Positions 10,326 through 20,515 of a DNA stretch of 64,000 nt are shown here, one piece after another. Numbering within the stretch: position 1 is the first letter of the stretch; each line of letters opens with the position of its first letter. The position numbers were made by a program, and so were the translations under genes. Below the pieces are notes generated by a model, which was given only the letters and a program-made list of their open reading frames with translations, searched no databases and was not told the DNA's origin. Source of the stretch: an uncultured Gemmatimonadales bacterium (GTDB lineage: Bacteria; Gemmatimonadota; Gemmatimonadetes; Gemmatimonadales; GWC2-71-9); assembly GCA_963728915.1 (NCBI GenBank), contig CAVSLV010000004.1:448001-512000 (forward strand), read 5' to 3'.

Positions 10326-10900
10326 AGCGGGGCATTGATGTGCTGGTCTCCTTTTTTGGGATCGTCGTGCTGTCGCCGTTCTTGTTTCTGATCGGTGTCT
10401 TGATCCGATCGAGAATGGGCTCACCGGTCTTATATAGGCAGACCCGCACTGGGCTTCACGGCAAGCGATTTCAATTGCTGAAATTCCGCACCATGCGGCT
10501 AGTGCCTGGGGACGATGCTGCGCGGATCACAAGACTGGGAGGGTGGTTGCGGGTAACTTCCTTGGATGAGCTGCCTCAATTCTGGAACGTGCTCAGGGGA
10601 GACATGTCCCTGATTGGGCCGCGTCCGCTGCTTCCTGACTATTTGCCGAAGTACAGCCTGCGGCAAGCCAAGCGTCACGAGGTCAGACCTGGCATAACGG
10701 GCTGGGCCCAGGTCAACGGGCGCAACGCGGCAAGTTGGGACGAACGTCTGGAGCTCGATGTGTGGTATGTGGAGCATCGTTCTATCTCCCTCGACCTGAG
10801 AATCTTCCTTCGGACGCTCCGAACGATCCTGAAGCGAGAAGGCATCTCTCAGGCAGGCCATGCGACCATGCCTCCTTTTCCGGGGTCCTCCCATGGCTGA
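10322..10900 (+). CDS. Priming undecaprenyl-phosphate sugar phosphotransferase (PglC-like)
   Basis: MKRGIDV, KFRTM, SLDELPQFWNVLRGDMSLIGPRP, PGITGWAQVNGRN; ATGA overlap with upstream gene. Confidence 0.92.
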   Translation: MKRGIDVLVSFFGIVVLSPFLFLIGVLIRSRMGSPVLYRQTRTGLHGKRFQLLKFRTMRLVPGDDAARITRLGGWLRVTSLDELPQFWNVLRGDMSLIGPRPLLPDYLPKYSLRQAKRHEVRPGITGWAQVNGRNAASWDERLELDVWYVEHRSISLDLRIFLRTLRTILKREGISQAGHATMPPFPGSSHG

Positions 10901-11519
10901 GCGCTGGATCGTCTGGGGAGCTGGCGGACATGGGGCCGTTGTGGCCGAAGCCATCCGTGCTGCAGGTGATGAGGTAGCCGGATTTGCCGATTTACACCCT
11001 CCAGACGAGACTTGTCTTGCTGAGTCGGAACTGGTTCAGGCGCTTTTGCGCCACGAGCTGCCGTTGGGGGCCACACGCGTCGCATTGGGCATTGGATCCA
11101 ACCAGGCGCGAGAACGGGCCTGGCGACTCCTCCCGGCCAAGCTCGCACCCCCGGTCATCCACCCCTTTGCATGGTGCTCTCCAAGTGCACGGATTGGTCC
11201 TGGAACCGTTGTATTGCCTCAAGCGGTCATCAATCCCAGGGTCACGGTTGGGGAGGCCACAATCGTGAACTCAGGATCTATTGTAGAGCATGATTGTGTG
11301 CTCGGAACAGCATGCCACGTGTCTCCGGGGGCGGTATTGGCTGGTGAGGTGAGTCTGGGAGCGAGGGCTTGGGTGGGAGCTCGGGCAGTCATCCTGCCAC
11401 GCCGGAGCATTGGGCAGGATGTGATCATTGGTGCTGGTGCAGTGGTCACGAGGGACGTCGAACGCGGGGCTACGGTAGTCGGGAACCCGGCGCGACAACT
11501 GGAAGGAAAGGTTCTGTGA
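10893..11519 (+). CDS. Hexapeptide-repeat sugar acetyltransferase (PglD/NeuD-like)
   Basis: WGAGGHG, IVEHDC, hexapeptide repeats, VVGNPAR. Confidence 0.88.
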   Translation: MAERWIVWGAGGHGAVVAEAIRAAGDEVAGFADLHPPDETCLAESELVQALLRHELPLGATRVALGIGSNQARERAWRLLPAKLAPPVIHPFAWCSPSARIGPGTVVLPQAVINPRVTVGEATIVNSGSIVEHDCVLGTACHVSPGAVLAGEVSLGARAWVGARAVILPRRSIGQDVIIGAGAVVTRDVERGATVVGNPARQLEGKVL

Positions 11520-11562
11520 GCCAGCGCCTGATCCGGAACCTCATGGTGGCAAGCTTCTGGTC

Positions 11563-12125
11563 CTAATGTTTGGCAACACCTCCAAGAACGCCCGTCTGCC
11601 AAGCCTCCCAGAAGATCTTGAGCATCGCGGCGACATCGATGGTCGCGTTCTCCACCGGTTTGCATGGTCGGATGAAATCGAGCTGCACCCCTCGTAGATA
11701 GGCCCAGTCCTCGAGCGCCCGCGAAGTGACCTCGGCCGCCACGTCCCGTCCCCCGATCACCAGCGCGGGCTCTAGCACGGGACTCTCGCGACTCCACTGA
11801 TCGACCACCGGGAACACACGAAACGGTCGGCCATCGGCGCGCTGATTATGGACAAAATCAATGCTCCAACGCTGGGGACCGGACGGGATCAGGGCCGGTC
11901 CGCGGTGGAGCGCCATGTGTTTGCGTCGGCGGACGCGCATGCGGACCTGCCGCTCGTCGAGTCGGTAGAGCCGGCGTACTCGCTTCTTGTTCACCAGCCA
12001 GCCTTCGCGGCGCTACAGCACCCAGACCCGATTGTAGCCGAACCGCGGCCGCGCGTGCGCCAACTCAGTGATCCGAAGCCGCAAGGCGGACTGATCCTGC
12101 GCTGTGCCGCGTTTGTACCAGCCTG
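11563..12125 (-). mobile_element. IS3-family transposase (orfB) remnant, pseudogene
   Basis: Reads WYKR..DQSALRLRITELAHARPRFGYNRVWVL*RREGWLVNKKRVRRLYRL..RWSIDFVH..DGRPFRV..VVDQWSRE..LDFIRPCKPVENA; premature TAG at 12013-12015 and internal deletions. Confidence 0.85.
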
Positions 12126-12179
12126 CAGGCTGAAGCGGATGTACGCATTGCACTGGAGAACGCCGCCAAGTGCGCCGGG

Positions 12180-12362
12180 CCAGTGTGATCGAACGATTGT
12201 CGCGCGCGCGGCCTTCTATCGGCCGTCAGAGCCTGACCGGAGCACGATGCCGAGGTGATCGCCGCTTTGCAGGGGTGGTGCCCGAGGACGCCCGATGGGG
12301 CCTTTGGGACTGCTACGACCGGTTGCTGACGGCTGGCTATCGCTGGAATCACAAGCGGCCCG
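12180..12362 (+). mobile_element. Second IS3-family orfB N-terminal fragment (frameshifted)
   Basis: Across frames: ARAAFYRP / EHDAEVIAALQ / RWGLWDCYDRLLTAGYRWNHKR, typical HTH region of IS3 OrfB. Confidence 0.7.
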
Positions 12363-12847
12363 CATCCAGAAGTTTACGTTCCGATTCTCCATCAACTGAA
12401 ACCTAGGAATTGAATCAAGCATTTATGTCGTGCTGGTCATCGAACGGCGAGCACGAATGCCCCACCCTCAGCAGAAGCCCAGGTGCTCCAGCTCGCTCAT
12501 GATCAGCGAGAACCGAAAAAGGATCCGGTTCTCGTTCGCGAAGGCGACGAGTTTGGCGACTTAGCAGGGAGCTAGCAGGCTCCCTCATAGTTGCGTTTTG
12601 CAGATGACGACTCCTTGATGATTCGGCTGCAGTTCTACGCATTACTCTGCATGGTTTAACTAGATGATCTAAAACAACCAAATAGGTGCGTCGCGGTGGC
12701 AGAATAGATCACTCGTCTGTCAAGAAAGCGAACGCAGTGCTGGATATTGCTTTGCCCGCTTCTTGCTCATCTCCCTGAGCGCCCGGTCGGGCCGGAACAA
12801 ATTCCGGTTTCGACGGCTTCACCACTGACTCAGGGACTGCTGGCACC

Positions 12848-15832
12848 ATGACCTTCCTGCATCGGCTCGCGCAACGAATCGCGCGCTTCAAGACTCCCAC
12901 GATCGCACTTGCCGCCATTGCCTTGGGTTGCTCCCAGGGCGAGCGCACGGATTTCCTTTCTCCAGTTCCTGCCAACACCACGCCCCAACTCCAATCGATA
13001 CAAATCTCTCCCAGGATTGCCGTCGTTCAAGCGGAAATCGAGTTCCGGTTCACCGCAACCACGTTGAACACGTCGGGCGCGACGATGTCCGCCCCGGTCG
13101 ACTGGACCGCGGAATCCGGGACGATTTCCAGCGAAGGCCGATTCGTCGGGGTCGTCCCCGGTCCGGTCCGGGTCACGGTGCGATCTCATGACCGGCCCGA
13201 GCTTTCCGATGTCGCGGTGATCGCGGTCTGGCAGAACGAGACCGATCCAACCGGCATTTCGGTCCAGCCCGCCGAGATCACGCTGGAAGAGGGTGACAGC
13301 CTGACCTTCACCGCCTTTCTCAACCTAGCGAACGGGGTCCAGGCCGCAGGCGCCACGGTCGATTGGAGCGCCACCGGCGGCCAGATCAATTCCTCCGGCT
13401 ACTTCGTCGCAGCCACCGCAGGCGACTATCTGGTGAAGGCTCAGACCAGCAATGGGTATTCCGGGTCCGCCCGGGTTCGGGTCACCAAGCGCACTTCCGA
13501 GGTGGCAAGTGTGACGATCAGCCCCAAGACCGCCCGACTCGCGCCGAGTCAGGGGACTCAGTTTACGGCGAACACGTACTTCACCGATGGCAAGACAATT
13601 CCGGCGACCTACCTCTGGTCGACCAATGGGGGTTCGGTGACCCAGACCGGGACCTACCTGGCGCCGTCCGTCGAAGGGACCTATCGAGTCATCGTCGTCG
13701 GTGTCGCGAATCTCGCCGATACCGCGATCGTCACCGTGGTCCAGCAGGCACCTACCCTCGCCTCGCTCCGGATCTCCCCCAACCCCGTGTCGATTCAGGC
13801 GAGCGGGGCCCAGCAGTTCTCCGTGGCCGGAACCATGTCCGACGGTAGCGCTGGCCAGCCAGCGGTCACCTGGAGCTCAACGGGTGGCAGCATCTCGGCG
13901 AGCGGCCGATACAACGCTGGCTCGGTCCCAGGGACCTACCGGGTCGTCGCCAGGCAGCAGGGTGGGTCTCTGGCGGATACCTCCGTGGTGACGATCCAGC
14001 CACCGGCCGTAGTGGCACTGGCGGTGTCTCCCAGATCGACCTCGTTGCAACCGGGAACCTCGCAGCAGTTCACCGCGAGTGCCACCTGGTCCAATGGATC
14101 AACGACGCTTCCTCCCCTGACCTGGGCGGCGACCGGTGGATCGGTGTCCTCAAATGGCAGTTTCACGGCGGGAACTTCCGGCGGCACCTACCAGGTGTCC
14201 GTGGCCGGCGGCGGACTGACCGACCAGGCGACGGTCAATGTTGGTGCACCCGTGGTCCTGGTTTCCTTGAGCGTGAGCCCCAAACCGGCCCAGCTCGCCA
14301 CCGGCGGGACGCTGCAGTTCTCGGCCGAGGCTCTCTGGTCCGACGGAACGAACGCCCTGCCCGCCATTTCGTGGTCGGCGACCGGCGGGACGATCAGTTC
14401 GAACGGTCTGTATAGCGCAGGTAGCTCGACCGGCGCCTATCACGTCATCGCGAACGGGGGCAGCCGGGCCGATACGGTTGCAGTGACCCTGACGGCTCAG
14501 CCCAGCAGCCCGACGCTGACCGGGATCACTATCGCGCCGAAGAATGTGTCGCTGAGCGCCAGCGCCACCCAGCAGTTCAGCGCGACCGGCGTCTGGGCGG
14601 GTGGCACGGGAACAATGCCAGCGATCACCTGGTCGGCGACTGGCGGCGCAATCAACGCCAGTGGGTTCTATGCGGCCGGGGCGATTCCCGGGAGCTACCG
14701 GGTGATTGTCACCGGGGGAGGGAAGGCGGACACCGCGGCGGTAACCGTAAATTCGACGGGAAGTTCTGTCTACGTCGTTCCCGAGAGCATCGACCATACA
14801 GGAGTTGACGACGTGACCGACCAGCTCACCGCGTTTTTTGCGTCGGTACCGGACGGGTCCGTCATCGCCTTTCAGGCCGGAGGCAGATACCGGGTGGAAG
14901 GCACACTGTGGCTTGCCGATCGGCACAGAATCACAATCGACGGGAACGGCGCCACCATCATCGCTGAGACTGATGGAAGCGGAGTAACTCCCCCGGATGC
15001 CCTCAAACACGGTTGGCCCAGGCAACGGCAGCACTTGCTGTTTACCGGCGGCGAGGACATCGCGGTCCGGAATCTCACGATCCACGGTGCGAATCCTCAT
15101 GCCGGGCTCGGCGATTCGGCCTATGTGGCCTCTCTTGAGGCGCAGCACGGGCTGGCGTTCCTGGGTGTACGCGGAGTTCGAATTACCGGGGTGGACGTCT
15201 CGGACGTGTACGGTGACTTTGTGTATCTCGGCATTAACGGTACCGGTGCAGGCGAATGGACACACGACGTCCACCTCTCGGATTTCCGGTTTGAACGTAG
15301 TGGTCGCCAAGGTGTTTCTGTAACTGGTGCCGACTCGGTGGTCATAGAAGACGGCTATATCGGCGACGTCCGGCGTTCCGCCATCGACCTCGAACCGAAC
15401 ACCGCCGCCGGCGGCGCGACGCACATCACATTCAGGCGTGTGACTTTTGGGCGGCATCGCCTCAACTGGCTTGCGTCGGGCGGCGCGGGACCGAGCGTTG
15501 GAAACGTTGTCTTCGAAGACAACAGGTTGGTTGGAGCGCAGTTCAAGGTCTTTGTTGGCGCCTCCGACGGCGCCCGGCGAGGACCGTTCAGGTTTGTCGG
15601 CAATGTGGGCGACACCGGCGACGGGAATCCGCAGGGCGTGATCATGCAATTCCACTGGGTCGATGGGCTCACGGTGCTGGACAACTACACTCCTCTCCAG
15701 AGGTTGCGGAACATGGCGTTAGTCGGTGCGTGGCAGTCCTGTGGCCTCGATGTTCGTGGTAACTCCGGGCCGGAAATGGTTCAGGAGTTGAGAATCTTCG
15801 AACCATGCCCGGTGGAACAAGACCAGCCTTGA
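12848..15832 (+). CDS. Lipoprotein with about seven bacterial Ig-like (Big_2-type) repeats and C-terminal right-handed beta-helix domain
   Basis: Lipobox ALGC; repeated ISPK..QF.A..W[ST]ATGG.I...G.Y..G.Y.V units; C-terminus with DVYGDFVYLG, GRQGVSV, IDLEPN parallel beta-helix signatures. Confidence 0.8.
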   Translation: MTFLHRLAQRIARFKTPTIALAAIALGCSQGERTDFLSPVPANTTPQLQSIQISPRIAVVQAEIEFRFTATTLNTSGATMSAPVDWTAESGTISSEGRFVGVVPGPVRVTVRSHDRPELSDVAVIAVWQNETDPTGISVQPAEITLEEGDSLTFTAFLNLANGVQAAGATVDWSATGGQINSSGYFVAATAGDYLVKAQTSNGYSGSARVRVTKRTSEVASVTISPKTARLAPSQGTQFTANTYFTDGKTIPATYLWSTNGGSVTQTGTYLAPSVEGTYRVIVVGVANLADTAIVTVVQQAPTLASLRISPNPVSIQASGAQQFSVAGTMSDGSAGQPAVTWSSTGGSISASGRYNAGSVPGTYRVVARQQGGSLADTSVVTIQPPAVVALAVSPRSTSLQPGTSQQFTASATWSNGSTTLPPLTWAATGGSVSSNGSFTAGTSGGTYQVSVAGGGLTDQATVNVGAPVVLVSLSVSPKPAQLATGGTLQFSAEALWSDGTNALPAISWSATGGTISSNGLYSAGSSTGAYHVIANGGSRADTVAVTLTAQPSSPTLTGITIAPKNVSLSASATQQFSATGVWAGGTGTMPAITWSATGGAINASGFYAAGAIPGSYRVIVTGGGKADTAAVTVNSTGSSVYVVPESIDHTGVDDVTDQLTAFFASVPDGSVIAFQAGGRYRVEGTLWLADRHRITIDGNGATIIAETDGSGVTPPDALKHGWPRQRQHLLFTGGEDIAVRNLTIHGANPHAGLGDSAYVASLEAQHGLAFLGVRGVRITGVDVSDVYGDFVYLGINGTGAGEWTHDVHLSDFRFERSGRQGVSVTGADSVVIEDGYIGDVRRSAIDLEPNTAAGGATHITFRRVTFGRHRLNWLASGGAGPSVGNVVFEDNRLVGAQFKVFVGASDGARRGPFRFVGNVGDTGDGNPQGVIMQFHWVDGLTVLDNYTPLQRLRNMALVGAWQSCGLDVRGNSGPEMVQELRIFEPCPVEQDQP

Positions 15833-16232
15833 AAAACCGCAAGGACCCTTGAGGAGCTTCTTCCCCCCCGTATTGGCGGCTTGCACTCGATGGGCGCCGG
15901 TGGTTCCGGGCGCGCAAGGCCTGAGGTAGCGACTCCCGATCATATCACGTCCGCCAATAGGTACTTCCGGCCCTGGAAGAGTGCCCTTGAGGAGGAGTTG
16001 AGGGCGAAGGGGGTTCAGTTTTCTGTTGTAGCCGAACACGAAATACCCGCAGAGGATGTCCACCAGACGGCCTCAAATGACTCTCACTGCCCACAGCGAC
16101 TGCGGATTGGCTCTGTGAGTGTGATGAAGGAGGTCCGCTCCATAATTGAAGGCCGGACTACTCATCATCATTCGTTCCCTTCCGGGTCGCCTGACCTTGA
16201 CCAACCTGGGAGGCAGAGTCGATGCGCGACAG

Positions 16233-17462
16233 TCAGTGGATCAGGTGCAACGACTGCAGTCGCTGAAGAATACGCTCAAGCTGAGTGTCCCAGGTGCCCG
16301 TGCGGCGGATTAGAGTTTCGCCGGCTGCGCCAATGGCCTTAGCCAGCGAAGGTTGTGAGGCAAGAGTGTTCATCTGTGCAGCAAGCCGGCCGGAATCACG
16401 TGCAGGATAAAGGAGGGCGGTAGCCTCGTGACGAAGAAGACGTGCCATCTCACCGACCGCGGCTGCAATCACTGGCTTCCCACAGAGCATATATTCGCGA
16501 AGCTTGAGCGGCGAATAGTGAAACGCCTTTTCGTCGCCTGCGGTGACGATGCCGACATCAAAAGAGGCGATCCATTCGGGCATGGCGAGGTGTGATACGG
16601 GACCCGCGAAAACGATCCCTCTGGTGATTCCTAGGCGCTGCGCTTGGACTTCTAGCGGAGCCTTTTCCGGGCCGTCACCCACGAGGAGAAGGCGTGAGTG
16701 TGGATAGAGCTCCAGGTGCGCCGCGAATGCTGCAAGCGCGATGTCCGCGCCATGGAATTTGCGAAAGCTGCCTGTCCAGCCGAAAACAAAAGCATTGTCT
16801 AATTCCAGCCGTCGACGAATGGTCGCGCCAGACACTGCAGGGGAAAACCGGGTGCCGTCGACTGCCATCGGGGACACGATAATTCGTTGTGATTGGAGGC
16901 CGAAGCGCATCAGTTCTCCCGCTACTTCATCCGACACGCAGGCGACCAGGTCCGATGCCATCAACTGAGGCTTCTCTCCCAGCCTCTCGAGGGCGGGGCC
17001 CCATATCGGCCTGGTAACGCCCCACCGTTTGGCTTCCCACACAACAGGGGCGTGGACATATGACACGACCGGACAGCCTATGCGCCGGCCGGTGCGAATG
17101 CCCGCGCGCGCCCACAAATCGTGGCTCTGCCAAACAAGTGCCACGTGCTCACCGATCCATGGGCCGCTCTTGAGCTCCCGCGCACGATGGCATCTATACC
17201 ACGAATGGAGATCTTTGGCAGCAGTAACGGCAATAGTCGGGAGACGCAGGCGGCGCGGAGGCGCAGCACTGGTTTCCGCTGGAACCGTATGGGGCAAGAT
17301 TTCCTCGGGCTCAAGAACCCTATCGGGTGTCACAACAAGGCCTCGGCCGAATCGACGCTTGGCCGCCGCTGCCCAACCGGCAACAGTTATCCATAGAGCA
17401 GTCGCGTTTCGCCAGGCGGTCAGCGGACGTGGCATTACGAATAGCGCTGTCAATGGTCGCAT
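16233..17462 (-). CDS. Glycosyltransferase family 4
   Basis: GWTGSFRKFHG, FHYSPLKLREYM motifs; ATG 17462 preferred over the longer ORF start. Confidence 0.85.
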   Translation of the reverse strand: MRPLTALFVMPRPLTAWRNATALWITVAGWAAAAKRRFGRGLVVTPDRVLEPEEILPHTVPAETSAAPPRRLRLPTIAVTAAKDLHSWYRCHRARELKSGPWIGEHVALVWQSHDLWARAGIRTGRRIGCPVVSYVHAPVVWEAKRWGVTRPIWGPALERLGEKPQLMASDLVACVSDEVAGELMRFGLQSQRIIVSPMAVDGTRFSPAVSGATIRRRLELDNAFVFGWTGSFRKFHGADIALAAFAAHLELYPHSRLLLVGDGPEKAPLEVQAQRLGITRGIVFAGPVSHLAMPEWIASFDVGIVTAGDEKAFHYSPLKLREYMLCGKPVIAAAVGEMARLLRHEATALLYPARDSGRLAAQMNTLASQPSLAKAIGAAGETLIRRTGTWDTQLERILQRLQSLHLIH

Positions 17463-17670
17463 GTGAAGTGAACGAGACTCCTGTGGAGTGGCGGTACCCG
17501 GCCAGAATCGCCCATCCGACTCTCTGGTTTCGGCTTCAACACACTCGCCAACCCCCTGCGCGGCTGCTCGCGCGTCGCTCGTAGACGATGTCGAAGAAGC
17601 CCATCCGTCCTCGCTTTCATCGAACTGATCGAGCACCGGAATCCGGCGCATCAGTTGTCGTCTCCAAATG

Positions 17671-18792
17671 TCATGATTCGACGACGGCGGCGTCGGTCAG
17701 TGCGAGGATGACGCGCTCCAATCTGGGCTGAACGAGTCGAAGGTCGAAGCGCTCTGCCGTGCGCCGAAACGTGGCATTATTCCGGCCATCAGCCAGCGTT
17801 TCCAGTGCCATTGAAAGCGCACGTTCCATGGCCCCTTCGTCGCCGACGGGAAAGAGATATTGAGCCAGGTCGGGCTCAAACACCTCGGTGAGCCCCCCCA
17901 CGGCCGACGCAACCACCGCTACGCCACAGGCGAGACCCTCGACCGCAACACGCCCGAACGATTCGACCTGACTCGGCATGACGATGACGTCAACCGCAGC
18001 CATCAGAGTCGCTGCGTCCTCTTGGTGCCCCAGGAAGATCACCCCGTCAGCTGCACACTGGTGTAGTTCTCTCTCGTACCGTTGCTCCTCCTTGTTGGCA
18101 GCTCCCCCCACTACAACGAGCGTTAGTTGAGATGTGGCGGGCATTCGGCGGTGAAGGTGCAGGAGCTCCAGCACCCCCTTTTCTGGGGAGAGCCGACCGA
18201 AATAGCCGATCAGAGGTTTAGCAGAATCGGCGCCAATGCTGCGCCTGACGCTCTTCTTGGCATCGACATCCAACGGTTTGAACCGCGTCAGATCCACTCC
18301 GTTCGGCACTACCACGCAACGAGATTCGATGTCCGGAAGCAAGCGCCGGTGCTCAACCATGGCGGAGCGCGAAACAGACACGAAATGACTCGGGCGTCGC
18401 ATTCGCCGACGGTTTCTGCGCGAGTCCCGAGGCAGGGGTGTGCGAATGTGATAGAGGAGCGGCACTCCGCACCAGCGCGCCGCGAGGCTCGCAATCGGAA
18501 GTTGATCAAACGAATAGCAATAGATCACGTCAGGGTCGAAACGTCTGACGAACTTCAGGGCGGCCCGAACCCGTCGGACGCTCAACACCGGCTGGCGGCG
18601 AGGAAGTTGAACGGAGCCGAGCTCCAGTCGACCGTGAACGACACGGTCCCACTCCAGCGACAGGCTGCCGCCCTTCCCATGCAGCAGCGCGAGAGAATGC
18701 CCCCGCGCGCTGAGGTACTGGGCGGCATACAGATTTGACCGCTGGGCGCCACCACTGCCCCCAAGATCGCCATCCAGAAACGCCACCCTCAT
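17671..18792 (-). CDS. Glycosyltransferase family 4
   Basis: GGAQ N-terminus; GRLSPEKG; PSQVESFGRVAVEG. Confidence 0.87.
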   Translation of the reverse strand: MRVAFLDGDLGGSGGAQRSNLYAAQYLSARGHSLALLHGKGGSLSLEWDRVVHGRLELGSVQLPRRQPVLSVRRVRAALKFVRRFDPDVIYCYSFDQLPIASLAARWCGVPLLYHIRTPLPRDSRRNRRRMRRPSHFVSVSRSAMVEHRRLLPDIESRCVVVPNGVDLTRFKPLDVDAKKSVRRSIGADSAKPLIGYFGRLSPEKGVLELLHLHRRMPATSQLTLVVVGGAANKEEQRYERELHQCAADGVIFLGHQEDAATLMAAVDVIVMPSQVESFGRVAVEGLACGVAVVASAVGGLTEVFEPDLAQYLFPVGDEGAMERALSMALETLADGRNNATFRRTAERFDLRLVQPRLERVILALTDAAVVES

Positions 18793-18877
18793 GGGATCGC
18801 TCGTTCATGGACGAAGGGCGTCCACACGAGGGCACGTCCGGTGGCAATGGAGGCTACCGTGGCGCTCTTGTGGTCCA

Positions 18878-19861
18878 TCAGGTCCCGCCCTTTCGATCCC
18901 GCCTTGGTGATCGCCGGGCTTCGAGCCGTCCAACGAATGTGCCGGCAGTCTGTGCCCAGGCCATTCTCGTGTCCGACCTGATCAGCCGATGGGAGTGAAC
19001 CACAAGAGCAACCGCAGTCTTTGCCAAGCCACGAAGGGAGGAGTCAGGACTCCTCACACCGTGTCGGGAGGCGATCTCCCGCCACGAGCGGGCCAATAGA
19101 CGTCTCCGGGTAAACATCTGTCGCGGCGAGCGGGGAAGACGAACACTGACTTCTGCCTCTGGAACGGCGATGACGGCGTATCCCGCGCGATGGAGGCGGA
19201 GACTGAATTCGGTGTCCACCGAGCCGGCGAATGTCTCGTCAAAACCGCCGATCTCCTGATAGGCGCCTTTCCGGATTCCGAATGCGCCTCCAGAGATCGA
19301 CACCACTCCGAAGGCCTTATCAAGAAGTCGCGTTTTGCGCTGGAACCTCCGGGACAGATGCGGGTTCAACGACCAGTACTCGCGCACAACGAGCACGACT
19401 GGAGCAGACAGCAACCCCACCTGGACGGCCTGCAACCATCCTGGCGCGACCAGATCATCTGCGTCGCAGAAGGCGATCAGGTCAGAACGGGCCCGTTTCG
19501 CACCGAGGTTCTTTGCTGCGCCCCCACCTCGAGGGGCTGCAGAGCCATCGATCAGTTGCACCCGTTCATCCTTCTTCGCGTAGTTTGTGACGAGTTCGAG
19601 TGTTCCGTCGGAACTGCCATTGTCGACGACCACTACTTCGAAACTGGCAACACCCTTCTGGCCAAGCACGGCTTCGAGCTGGTCGGCGACAGTCTTGGCA
19701 GCGTTGAGAACAGGGATCACGACACTGATTTCGGGCAAGGACGATACCTCATCACATAGAGCTGAAGCGACGAGCCGAGCAGCAACACCGCCGGTAGCGC
19801 TGTCAACAAATTCCGTTGCTCCTAACGGACGCCCATGGTCTCCGGCTTCCCGGCTTCTCAT
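18878..19861 (-). CDS. Glycosyltransferase family 2
   Basis: ISVVIPVLN, VVVDNGSSD, AFCDADD, GGFDE; start uncertain. Confidence 0.87.
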   Translation of the reverse strand: MRSREAGDHGRPLGATEFVDSATGGVAARLVASALCDEVSSLPEISVVIPVLNAAKTVADQLEAVLGQKGVASFEVVVVDNGSSDGTLELVTNYAKKDERVQLIDGSAAPRGGGAAKNLGAKRARSDLIAFCDADDLVAPGWLQAVQVGLLSAPVVLVVREYWSLNPHLSRRFQRKTRLLDKAFGVVSISGGAFGIRKGAYQEIGGFDETFAGSVDTEFSLRLHRAGYAVIAVPEAEVSVRLPRSPRQMFTRRRLLARSWREIASRHGVRSPDSSLRGLAKTAVALVVHSHRLIRSDTRMAWAQTAGTFVGRLEARRSPRRDRKGGT

Positions 19862-20491
19862 CTGCTGTCCTGAGCCTGAGTTGACCCTTCGACCCTTGCG
19901 GCATGGACTACACCTGTGATGGTGATAGGGGCAGGCGTGGAGACCACTTGGGAATACAGGTCACTGAGTCTTCCCACCAGCGCACTCCCCTCGTAGGATA
20001 GGTGACCATTGTCCCAGTAGAGGAGAGTTCCACCGATGGATGCCTTGCATTCTTCGTGGGGACAGAGCGTGTCGGACAGCCATACAACCGGGTAAGAGTC
20101 TTCCAAGGATCTGAGCGCAGCAATCACATACCCGGTTCCCCGCCAGAATAGGAAGTTCGAGGAAAAGACGCTGACCCCGAACAAGTTCTTGGAGAAGAGA
20201 GCCATATCGGCTGGCAGAAGAACGAACCAGGCGCAGATGAACGAAACGGCCATGACCACGAACAACGCAGGCAGGATACGTCGCGCGCGGCGCTCGTAAA
20301 ACTCCACGAGACTGAACCGTCCCGACTCCTTCTCTTTCCGGATGATCGATGTGATCAGAGAGCCGCTGATCACGAAGAACACGTCCACGCCTACAAAACC
20401 ACCCTGAAAACGCCTTGAAGCCCGCGTGGTACAGAATCACCTGGATCAGGGCGACGGCACGAAGACCATCAGTTCCTGGGCAGTATCGCAT
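19858..20491 (-). pseudogene. Acyltransferase-3/SGNH (OafA-like) O-acyltransferase pseudogene
   Basis: DGLRAVA..VILYH then frameshift at 20402-20404 to GGFVGVDVFFVISG..ERRARRILPAL..SNFLFW, fused directly to SGNH C-terminal LYWDNGHLS; only about 210 codons remain. Confidence 0.8.
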
Positions 20492-20515
20492 GGTTCGATG
20501 GATTCTTCGGTAGAC

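Noticed and set aside
12740..12770. Possible sigma54 promoter (CTGGATATTGCTTTGC) upstream of the Ig-protein gene
   Set aside because: GG-N10-GC spacing fits but the -24 box deviates from TGGCAC; too weak without comparative support
15833..16232. ORFs between the Ig-protein and the convergent GT4 (15719-16063, 15881-16342)
   Set aside because: No recognisable motifs and they overlap real genes; may be decayed sequence but I cannot support a call
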